Source of the DNA: Antedon mediterranea | Lineage: Eukaryota; Animalia; Echinodermata | Length of the DNA: 64,000 nucleotides | Assembly: GCF_964355755.1 (NCBI RefSeq) | Contig: NC_092677.1 | Span: 394,101 to 458,100, forward strand | Direction of reading: 5' to 3' | Part shown: one piece after another, positions 1 through 12,500 of the stretch | Layout: each line of letters starts with the position of its first letter | Position numbering within the stretch: position 1 is the first letter of the stretch | Made by a program: the position numbers and the translations under genes | The notes under the pieces: model-generated | Database searches by the model: none | Told to the model about the DNA's origin: nothing | Seen by the model: only the letters and a program-made list of their open reading frames with translations

Positions 1-512
1 ATCTTGTACTAATTATAACATTACATGGCGGGTTATTAATGCAGATATTTCACATACTTCAGAAAGAATAATTTATTACAGTAATTATTTAACATGTCCC
101 ACAAAGCATTGGAAAAAAGTACCATTACGGGTTTCTGATACAACTGACCGATTGTGCAACTCCTTGACCGCTTGTCCCTAATAAATGAAACTCATTCCCC
201 TTATTTGCATAAGTACGGTAATTACAATGAAAACAAATCTATGTATGTCTTGGGTATTTACAATAAAATTGTCAACATTATAAAGAAAACAGATTTTGAA
301 AAAGTCTAATATCAATTTTACTATTATTATTATATTATTAGGTTAATGATAAGGGATTTTACATTGCTATGACAAAATAATACAAATTATAAAGTGAAAA
401 CATAATATAAAAAATAATATTGATCAAACATAAAATATACAATATTTATAAAAAATATAGAAAGATGTAATATTTTACATGCTGCGAATGTAGTCAAAAT
501 ATGCACCACAAA

Positions 513-652
513 AAAGAGATGATCACATTGCAACAAGATCAAAGAGATGATCACATTGCAACAAGATCAAAGAGATGATCACATTGCAACAAGATTAAAG
601 AGATGATAACATTGCAACAAGATCAAAGAGATGATCACATTGCAACAAGATC
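513..652. repeat. Minisatellite, 5 x 28 bp (aaagagatgatcacattgcaacaagatc)
   Basis: Five near-identical head-to-tail copies read directly. Confidence 0.95.
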
Positions 653-1382
653 ATAAAATATAAATGTTATTACACATAATAATGTTCACAAATGTTCTGT
701 CATGTGATGTTGTCATGTGATGCCTAAATACAGTATCTCTTGTGCCAATATGAATTTGCTAAGGAACATAACATCCCATAATAACCGTGCAGCTAGTCAA
801 TGTTCTGAAATTTATGTTCAATATTTACTATGAATAGGGACATTTTGATTTGAGTGTACAAAGTCCACATGTGTAGTAGTCGATTGATACTCATCCACAG
901 ATAGTCGAAAAGTCCCTAATATCTACATCTGAATATCAGTTAACCCACTGGGCTAAAATGAAAGGGTTACACTCTTTAAAAGATAGTAGATAACAAAAAA
1001 GTCACAACATTCAATTCAGTGAATCTCATTCCATTTAAAATGTGTACTTGTGTTGCTTTTGACTACCTACCATTATCAAGTATAAGAATAAGTCATTTTA
1101 AATAAATGTTTGAAATTTAAAAAATTGACATCACATGACAGCATTTGTTTTTAATGATCTAGTTGCAGTGTGATAAAATAATATGAATGTTTGTAACAAC
1201 ATTAAAACACTAAGTTTGAAATAGATAAATACTTACTACATGCATTGATGTAGAGCTTATAGCTAATATGTGTTGGTCCTCTACTGATTGCCATAAAAAC
1301 AAATATACAAAATAGGCTAGTATATTTAACTGAAAGGAATTGTTAAATCATTAAAGAAATATTTTCATGCAATACTGAAGGA

Positions 1383-1530
1383 ACACTATCAAACTAGTTT
1401 GACAAAAAAAAGGTGCCCATACATGGTAGTGATATCCTAAATATGGTAGTGATATGACATCATCATGTCCATATTATGGACAATCATCACATTTTTTTGT
1501 CACATAAAGTTTCATAGTGCAGACAGTGCT
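1383..1530. mobile_element. MITE family A copy (degenerate left end)
   Basis: Matches the family consensus (agctctgtctacactatcaaact...agtttgatagtgtagacagagct) seen about 11 times in the window. Confidence 0.75.
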
Positions 1531-2094
1531 TTATTATTTGAGCATTATATGTTGTAATTTTAATATATACTGTATAAGCCAAATTAATCAATCAGTTCGG
1601 ATTTGTCAAATTGACTAATTATTTTGTTCATCTAGTCTCAAAAATGTTTAAACTGAAGATATATAACTCTATAAATACAACTAAAAATAAACAAAAATAT
1701 ACACATTTAAACTACACAACACACAGAACATTCAGTGGGTACAGTGGTGGGTTATACCAATGGTTTTTTTAGGAATTTCCTTTAAATCTTATTATATTTG
1801 GATAATGCAAAGGGTATGTTACCCTTAACAATTCTTTTACTTTACTCAACACATTGCATTTATGTGTTTTTAACTCGGCGTGTTTGTATATACAAGCTTT
1901 TATCATTATTACACTACATACAAACAATAATAACACATCTTAAATGAAGAGACTAACTTGAAAATATGAGGATACTATTATACCGTCTAAGATTTGTACT
2001 AAAATTAAATTTTAACAAAAAATGTAAATAAAATATAATATAAAGAGGTTTTATAAAAATAGCAGGAATAGTGGTTCACACAATGACCCCAGTT

Positions 2095-2228
2095 GAGCCA
2101 TCTATTGTAACTGGTCCTTGTGTCCTAGTGGGAACTAAGCTTAGAAATGTCCATCTGCCAGAGCCATCTATTGTAACTGGTCCTTGCGTTGTGTCCTAGT
2201 GGGAACTAAGCTTAGATATGTCCATCTA
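2095..2228. repeat. Tandem duplication, 2 x ~66-71 bp
   Basis: gagccatctattgtaactggtccttg...gggaactaagcttag occurs twice in tandem. Confidence 0.85.
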
Positions 2229-3586
2229 TTTTTATTTCATCCAATTTTTAAATTCAGTTACCTGTTAAAGACATAGTGAAATTGGGCTCATTCAGGTCCA
2301 GTGAACTCACCCGCTAAGTTCATGGACTAATTATCGCTAACTTTGGTGGTAAGTAACCAACTTACACATGTTAGTTACTTTTAACAAATAGTATAATCTG
2401 AGATTACTATAGTTGTTATATAACAACATCTTTGACTACAATTATTACTGAATATATTCAATAACCACCTAATAACTGAAAGTTAGTGGCAAACAATACA
2501 GAAATATAGTTTTAGAATTATTGCAGTAAAACCACACAATAAAGAACTGATAACATTTACAAAATCAACCATCTTAATGAAGTAAACATCATGCTAACAA
2601 TAGTATAACAGTAATATAGACAAATTTAAACAGAACATACTCATAAATATTTAGGATTAAATGTTTTTGATTGGAGTTGTAGAATGTTTCTAAAACGAAT
2701 ACTTAAGTTACAAAATTATTTTATTAATATTTTAAAGCTTAATCTTCATTAGTTTATGGTCAATTAGCAAGTCCTGCCAAACAAAACCTGCTATCAAAAA
2801 TGCATTAATATCTTTGAAGGTTCATTAAATTAGGACAAATTATCTATAATTATAATGAAATTCTATAAAAATTCAGAAGTATTATTCTTAAATTTAGATT
2901 TGAAGAGATAAAAACTTGGTCAAATTATCAATTTATAAACATTAAATTTAGACAAAAATATTAACAATATTAGATAGATATAATAGTGAAAGCTTACAAT
3001 GTTTAAATAATCACAGTCACCATGACAACAATAGAAGTATAAACAACTGTGTCGATAACAATTTGAAATAACTGTCCAACTTCTTTGTCAAATTAGATTT
3101 TTGACCGAAACTAAACATTTATCATCAACTTTATACAAGTTTGACTTTACATGATGACCAATGACCTCTTGACCTCATAACCAAACCATTCTTAACTGAT
3201 TTTGACCTCATCTGACCTGATACCTCATTTGTTATGCTCAATGCACTGTAAAACTGGTCATAATGACCAATTTAAAATTAAATTACCATATATCCTTGGG
3301 TCTAATCCCACCCCCTATTTTATGTATGATTTCACAAACAGGCATATCCCTGGGTATAGTTCCAGTATTGAATTTTGGTCTGGATGTAGGCCCCTCTCTA
3401 GCCAGTTTAGTTGAGTTTTTACAAGATATGCTTACCACTCATTTTTTCCTGTACCAGGGTTTCCTCGGGTATACTTAGTCCCACCCACCAAAGTCGGCCC
3501 AATTTCTAGGGGGTGGGATTATACCAGAGGATATACGGTAAGTATTTTTTAAACTAGTGAGGCATAATTCCGACCCCAACCTGCTT

Positions 3587-6500
3587 TTACTTAGCAAAAT
3601 CTAGCAGAATCTGACGGGCCATTGCAATATTATCTTCAGTGATTTTCAAAGCTTTCATAATCATATTGCGATCAAAACCTTCATTGCTTAAAATGTCGAC
3701 TGGTGATGGTGTTGGCGCTGGCGATGCCACTCTTGAGGGCGTGCTCCCTCCTGACTTGACTGCTGGCGGTTCTTCGGCAGCAGGTGGTTTTGGTAAAGGC
3801 CTGATGTTCAGGTTCTGTGTCGAGGTATCGTTGTTCACTACATCCGAAGTAGGAACCGATGAAGTGGCTAATGGCTGTAAGATAAGAATGATTATGATTC
3901 AGATTAGGTATGATTTAAATTTTACAGATAATAAATTGCAAAATGGTCTCTAGTAATGGACCACCTTCAGACCCAACAAAGTGTTCCCTGAATAGGTAAT
4001 AGTAGTACAGGCTATATGTGACATTTATCCTATGTAACCTTGAAAAAATTCTAATAAAAGGTCTTTTGGTATTTTCTTGTAGCTTTAGGTGTGAATAAAT
4101 ACCAAAAAATTTTTGCAGCCTTCTAGTTGCTGCGTTAGTGAGATATTGAGGGTCAAAGGTCAGTGACCTTTTGTGGCATTTGATGGCTCATAACTCCTCA
4201 ACTCCTGGGTTTAAAAAGACAAATGTTGTGCCTACATCTATGTTTTAGTGGTCAAACAACAAAATAAAGTTTTTGCAAATTTCGGGTTACTTGTGCCATT
4301 GGTCAGATAGTCGGGTCAAAGGTCATTGACCTTTATTCATTAATAACTACTGCTAGTCTAGGACCTTGGTAAGATTTGTATGCATTTAATTTAGGAGAGA
4401 ATATCTCAACTGTTATAGGATAATTAGACCCCAAGGAACAACATGGGATATTTGCCAAATACGTTATCTGGGGCGAACATGCCCAAAATCGGGGTCAAAG
4501 GTTAGAAATGTGTGGTTCTTATATCTCGACAACCACTTGTCATACAGATTTGCTTTTGGTGTCAAATTGTTCAGAATATACATATTTATATTCAGTCTAA
4601 CACAACTTTTACCCCAAAAAATGACCGGAAATGCTTTTACTGACCTTTGACCAAAAAATGACCAAAAAAACACATTTTCGGGTTAAATTATTCCATAAAA
4701 TGTCAATGGACACACTGTATGGTATAAAATGAAAGCATATACAATATGCTACCCATTGCTACCCAACTTGTATTAAACATTTTTAATTAGGAATATAACT
4801 TTATGGAAAATGTGCATATTGACTTCAGTATTTAGAATTATTATTAATTTATCTTTATCAACTGGTACGACCTTTCCTGATGATTTGAAGTTGGGTCTAG
4901 TTACACTTATTTTAAAGACGCCTTCACATACTTGCATGGCAAATTTTCGATCTATTTCTAATGTCGCTTTCTTATCTAAGATCCTTGAGAAATGCGTTGC
5001 TTTAGATCTCATACATTTTCTTGACGACAATAATCTGTTCGACCTTCTTCAATCAGCATAGAAAGCGCCACAGTACAGAGTCAGCCATTCTCAAGGTGCA
5101 TAATGATATTATTTTAGCTCTGGATAAAGGTAATTGTCTTTTTTCTGTGTACCTCGACCTGTCGGCAGCTTCTGATACCATGGACTATTCCATTATTATT
5201 GCAAGACTCTCGTCTATTGGTATCCGTGGATCTGCTCTAAATTAGTTCAAGTCATATTTGTCTTCTAGGAAGCAGCAGGTCCAGATTGGTAATGTCAAAT
5301 CCACCTCTATCAACCTGAAATGCGGTGTTCCTCAAGGATCAATACTGGGTCCAGTATTTTTTTTAGTTTACACCTCGCCCATGAGTGATATCATTAAGAG
5401 ACATTGTGTCCAATATCATGTGTACGCAGATGATACATCAGCTTTAATTCAGCAGAGTTTAATGAGGCGAAGTCGGTTATCGAAGCTTGTGTTGTTGATG
5501 TTCAGGATTGGCTAACTAAAAACATGCTCTTTTTAACCCTGGTAAAACAGAAAAAGAAATTGGCCATTGCTAGAAACATCAATCACATCATCGTTGGAGG
5601 TTAGATATATCAGAGTTGTATTTGACTCAGCAATGATTATGTCCAGACATATCAACAACATTAGTAAATCTGATACCTACCACCTTCGTAACATAAGATC
5701 AATTCGCAAATACACTCCTCGCTTATTAAACTTGTCCATGCACTATAACATCACGGTTAGACTACTGCAATGCCATTTTGTTTGGTCTACCAAATAAAGA
5801 ACTTAATAAACTACAACTAATTCTTTTCTTTTTTATACCAAATATTTCATTACAACGCTAGAATTATTTCACCCAAAATAAACTTACATTAATTTATACT
5901 CATTTTTGTCTAAATTTAATAAAATATATGCATATTTTCCAAAAATAACATCACATAATTATATACAAGTTAGGTAGCATATTGTATGTGCTTTCCTTTG
6001 ATACCAAATATGTCTTTTCAAACATTTGAATTATTTAATATCATAAATAAACCAAAATAAATTATCTGGTAATGTATACCCATTTTTGTCAAAAAGCAAT
6101 AAAATATGCACATTTTTCACCAAAGTAGCATCATAATTACAGATTTGTATTACAAGTTGGATAGCAATGGATAGAATATTGTATGGGCTTTTATTTGATA
6201 CCAAATAGTTCTTCCAAACACTTATTTAAAATTATTTAACATTATATAAATAAGCACAACAATTACGCTACTAAATATTCATTTTTTGTATAAAAGTAAT
6301 CAAATTAGGCACATTTTCCATAAGATTAGATTCCTAATTAAAAAATGTTCAATACAAGTTGGGTAGCAATGGGTAGCATATTGTATATGCTTTCATTTGA
6401 TACCATACAGTGTGTCCATTGACATTTTAAATAATAATTTAACCCGAAAATGTGTTTTTTGGTCAAAGGTCAGTAAAAGCATTTCCGGTCATTTTTTTGG

Positions 6501-9500
6501 GTAAAAGTTGTGTTAGACCGAATATAAATATGTATATTCTGAACAATTTGACACCAAAAGCAAATCTGTATGACAAGTGGTTGTCGAGATATAAGAACCA
6601 CACATTTCTAACCCTTGACCCCGATTTTGGGCATTTTCGCCCCAGATAACGAATTTGACACATATCCCATATTGTTCCTTGGGGTCAAATTATCCTATAA
6701 CAGTTGAGATATTCTCTCCTAAATTGAATGCATACAAATCTTACTCAGGTCCTACACTAGCAGTAGTTATTAATGAATAAAGGTCAATGACCTTTGACCC
6801 GACTATCTGACCAATGGCACAAGTAACCCGAAATTTGCAAAAACTTTATTTTGTTGTTTGACCACTAAAACATAGATGTAGAAACCACATTTGTCTTTTT
6901 AAACCCAGGAGTTGAGGAGTTATGAGCCATCAAATGCCACAAAAAGGTCACTGACCTTTGACCCTCAATATCTCACTAACGCAGCAACTAGAAGGCTGCA
7001 AAAATTTTTTGGTAATTATTGACACCTAAAGCTACAAGAAAATACCAAAAGACCTTTTATTAGAATTTTTTCAAGGTCAAACCATATATAGCCTCTACTA
7101 TAGTGACATATTGAACCTTGTTCAGAAGAAAGAATATCAGTGTCCCAAAGCACAGGTCTACTGTATCTATCAATTTACACGGTAGGTTACATTATAAGCT
7201 CATTTATAGTGATAATATCCCCCTACTAAAAAGATGTACTAGGTTCTTTAAAGTGCACATGAGCATTTTGTGTACACTGGACCTACGGTTTATAGTTCTT
7301 ATCCAAAAAGACTCGTTTTACCACCAGAACCATGGAGCGAGTGAGTCGCGAACCCATAAGACAACTGTCTCAACCGCTTGGCCACTCACTTACTGGTAGT
7401 AATACAGGTAGCGGTTCTATTAAGGCCAATAAGGCACGATTTACAAATAGTTTCATTTCAGGAGCCTTAAACATCATGTAGACATTTTTTGTAATGTTTT
7501 TGTTTTTAGTTCATGTTGTGTCCGTTGGATATTGTGCTCCGACAACAGAATTTCTATGTTTTTTTCCTTAAAACAAATGACAATAAATGATACTTGACTT
7601 GACAATAACAATGTAAAACCTACATGCTGTGGTGAAGTGTTGGTTGGTGGCGTCTGTACAGGAGGTGAAGGTACCTTACGTCTTGATAATGCCAAACCTT
7701 TGCCTTTCTCCACTAATCCAAGACCAACAATATCATAATCATCTGGCGTCCGGCGCACTAAACAAATCACCATATAGTTTGAATTTATGAAAACAATATC
7801 TATGACATTATAAGCATCACGCTTAAGCTTGGTTTCCAGTTGGATGGAAGTCCACTCTAAGTAAACTGACCAATCACAACACGATGAATAATCCAAATTT
7901 TCGCTTGTGATTGGACAACTATCTTGCATTAGACCTACAACGGGAACCAAACTTAAAGCTTATTTTAGGTCTCACAAACTGGTGTTTTGTTTTCTCTACT
8001 TTTAAATGATTAAACTTAAATAAATAAAAAAAGACATTGCTGCAGTAGACACATGCACCTCTTGGGGGCCTAAATGTAATATTACAAGCCACAGTGACAA
8101 TGATATATGTTCATATTTTACAATATCAAAGGATAGAATGCTAAGCATCCACACATAGAGTTATACTAAAACTAGAGAGTCAACTCCCAACACAATCAAA
8201 GCTAAAAAAGTAAAGTAACATAAAAAGAGACTATCGAATATGGATGCAACACATCGGCCAATCAGTTAGTTTGAAGCTGGACCAATACACCTACATCCAT
8301 ATCCATATACAGTCAACTCTTCCAATACCAGACTTTCAGAAAACCAAAAACTCTCTCAACCAAGAAGTCCAAAATTCCTCTTTACCATTAAAAACACATT
8401 CTGAATACCAGAAATTCTGGAAAACCAGACATATTTGGCCAGTCCAAAGGTGTCTGGTATTGGAAGAGTTGGACTCTATATTATTTTTTACAGATAGGGT
8501 GGCCATTTTGAAGAGTCCCTACCCTGTTCGCAACATTTCTCTTTCATTGACTTTAGTTTTAATATAATAACTCTATGCTTTCAAGACTGTTAAAGCATCC
8601 ATTCTATTAAATAGTGCAGACACAGGTACAAGCTAGGCTAAGGATGAATGAGGGTATGAGGTCCTCCTTCTCCTTTTTTCATCTTTTAAAGGAAGGGAGG
8701 ATCCAATACCCTCATTTTAAGCATTCATTATTTCTCCATGCAACTAAATACATATTTAGGTTGAGACAAAAACTCTAGTGGGTGGAGCTTATACCAAAGT
8801 CAGTATGGTACTTAAAATATATTAAGCATGAACATCAAGCAGGTAATAATATGAAAATAATGCATTAGTGTCTAGAAATATTATATTATGATGGCATTAC
8901 CATACTTAGTCCATAAATGTGCAAAATTAGATGTTATTTTAAAAGTTACCATACACTGAAGAGAAGATTTGAAAAATGCTTAACTGGCAATCAACACACT
9001 ATTAAAAAAACCAAATCCACAGTGTATAGCAACTTTAGTGTACAGATACCAACACAAGACAGAAAGACAGTCCATAAAGCCTACACTATCAAACTTTATG
9101 TGACAGAAAAATGTGATATGCCCATATATGGATGTGATGGTGTCATATCACTACCTTATTTGAGCATATCACTACAATATTTGGAAACATCACACTTTTT
9201 TTGTCAAACTAGTTTGATAGTGTAGACAGAGCTTAATGTTAATAATGAAAGCAGATAGAAAATTAATGAACCAGAGTGGTTAGCCTACCTAGCGGTTTAA
9301 CAGAGCTAGATTGAGATGAAGTTGGTAGATCGTTAAGATTTTGATATGTAGAACATAACATGGATGGCGACGATGACGATTGCCCACTTGTCGTCATATT
9401 ACTCGTTGTTACTGAAGGTTTTGAGGAGCTGGGTGCACTTATATTTGAGTGTAGTAGTAGATGACCACATGTGTTAACATAAAGTGGCTCCACATGGGTG

Positions 9501-12500
9501 AAAGAAGGCTTACTTGGTTCTTCTTGGCTGCGTTGGGGACCACCCATATCAGGCATGTCTGACTCCTGACCCCGCATGTCATTCATAGACAGTTGGAAAG
9601 GATTGGTACAAGATTGTGGTCTGCGATTAGGTTTGCTTCGTTGAGATGCCTGGGGCGGTGGGATATCATATATGGGGTTAGCTAAGGAAACGTCAATAGA
9701 CTGACTATGTGTAAGTGAGGTTCGTGGAATGAAGGAGGCTTGGTTGCTGCTGGTTGGCGGTGGAATGTCATAGTCTTGACTCAATAGACCTGTCGTAAGA
9801 AGTAAAAGAAAAATTGTTGCAAGAAAATATCGCCATTTGTCAAAAGAGTTATGTGCTGTACTGCTAAATTGAGTTTGAATTTAAGATAAAATTACCCTCT
9901 ACCGTTAGTAGTAGTCTTCAGACCTCATAAGTTCAGACTTAAAAAGAAGTTTAAGATGATTAAATCTGGTACACCACATAGATTTTAAATAAAAATACTT
10001 GTTATCCACCAAAAGAGAGTAATACTAAAGCTCTGTCTATCAAACTAGTTTGACAAAAAAATGTGATGTGCCCAAATATGGTAGTGATATGACATCATCG
10101 TGTCCATATATGGGCACATCACATTTTTGTTGTTGACATATGTAAAGTTTGATAGTGTAGACAGAGCTTATGATATGTTTATATTTGAACCTGTACCATA
10201 AACCTTTAATAATTACAAGCATGCAAGTAATTTTAAAATATATTAACACCAATTCAAAAGTTTAACATCCATTCACACTAATTCAAATATTTAACATCCA
10301 TTCACACTAATTCAAATGTTTAACATCCATTCACACTAATTCAAATGTTTAACGGCCATTCCCACACTTATTTTATTGAGAGTAATTTACAAAATAGTTT
10401 TCAATATCTATGCCTCATATGCACATTTTGTTTGGTAATTTCCTGAAAACCTTTCACTTTCATTTCTTGTTTTCTTTTTTGTCTCAGGTCATAGGTCATT
10501 ACCTGAAGTATTTTGGTACATTTCATCACACTTGTTTTCTGGATCAGAGTCGTCGTATCGTCTAGGAGGAAGTTCTGGTCGCCTGAAGTCAGTTCCGTTG
10601 GTTTGTTTGATGGACGACCTCTCAGGTGAGTTGTTCGGAGGTGACCTTCGTGGCGGAAGAGCTGGTGCATTTTTACCCACAACATCCTTCGTTCTACTTG
10701 GCATAGCATAGGTCGGCTCAGATGGCTGAAAAAAGTATTATTGAAGTTACTTTTTATTACTCACATTCATGATTTTAAAATTTTCATAATAATTTAAAAA
10801 GGCATAACAAGCAAAACACCAGCTAACACTGAACCACACCAGGAACTACATTGATTGATTTATTCTTATAAAAAAAATATAAACATAAAAGGGAGCACTG
10901 AGGGGAGACAAGACCTGTCAAAGACAACTATCAACAAAGGGCGTGTCTCTCAAACTCTCCTACATGCAATAAAAAACCTTTGGTACTGCATATTTAGTAT
11001 ATGCTATTGTAATGTAGTAAGCAAAAAACCCAACTTCATTCTACAACTAAATCTATTCACAACATCAAAATTATATTTCTTCAATAAAACCATAGGGATG
11101 TACTTAGTTGGGTGAGTGGGTAATTAGCACAGGGGCGGATCAAGGGGGGGGGGGGGGGGGTGCAACTGTAGAAAGTTAACACCAACTCAGGCCCACCATG
11201 GTTGGGGCTGAGTTGAGGCGATTTTGAAAATGTAACAGTAACACCCCTAGATGGTCGGAAATGGCACTCTCACGTTCACGCGTGCGGAGGGTGCGTCCCC
11301 GTCTGGATCCGCCACTGATTAGCATATCATTTTGTCATTCATCATGAAATTTTACACCACACTTAACACCCATTCCAAGGTAATATTACATTACAATATT
11401 ACACCCCCGCACTCTAGGATCTTTGAAGTTACACCCATTCTAAGCACCTCCTTGATCATTGATAATATTACAGATATCCCCACCCCCGCACTCTAGGATT
11501 TTTTAAGTTACACCCATTCTAAACACCTCCTTGATCATTGGTAATATTACAGATATCTCCCACCCCCGCACTCTAGGATCTTTGAAGTTACACCCATTCT
11601 AAGCACCTCCTTGATCATTGGTAATATTACAGATATTCCACACCCTGCACTCTAGGATCTTTGAAGTTACACCCATTCACACTCACGTCATATTGCGAAT
11701 TTTGGACAAAAAGTGTTTTGAGAGCGCTTTTGATTTAAACATTAGCGCGAGCCTATCTTTACCGCTGAGAATTGTATTGAGAAACCCGAAGACTTCACGC
11801 GAGCGAGACGAACTGACTAAGAACATTATTACTATAGATTTTCACTTCATACATGCTTATTATTGAACAATAGTTAGTATAAATAACTGCTAGTTAATTA
11901 GAAACATTCGATGTTACTAAGAATACTAAAGAAATTACTTATAATACAAATTTAAAAGATTTATAACGATTCTAGTTTAGGTAACATTCGCCCATTAACA
12001 ATGAAAACAAACAAATCCTGCGTAGGAAATCGCGGAACTCTAAAAATAATATCACGCTAAAATTGTTTCCGAATTTTTAAATACATATTTGTAAATATTA
12101 TGTTAAATTTCAATATCTTTACTTTTAATCCTCAAAAAATCAAAATGTTGATATTTTTTAAAAGAATTTTATGATCATTTGAAATCGGGTATATTTACTA
12201 TCGATCGCGCTCCGCCGGTGCCCGAGTAGGTGTGTACGCGTCGCTTTTGCAGGCTCTATTCCCAGTAGCGAGTTTCGGTCGCGCTAACATAAGCAATGTT
12301 TTCTACATATACATGCATTAGGGGTAAATTATGTTTAATTGTTTTTACAATTTTTTTCTTGCCTAACCGTTTCTGTCACCCTAAAATCAAATGCTTTAAC
12401 TGCATAATTTTAAGCGACAATAACATACAAATAGGCCTACTATAATTTGATCACTTCTGCGCAATACTTTAAAGTTGTTGTATACAATTATTTTAAGAAT

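Noticed and set aside
4464-6663. Near-identical 65-69-aa ORFs on opposite strands
   Set aside because: They are by-products of the long TIRs, use non-ATG starts and have no recognisable domain.
11144-11160. Poly-G run as a functional G-quadruplex
   Set aside because: It lies inside a small hAT-like element where G runs are common, and homopolymer length is unreliable.
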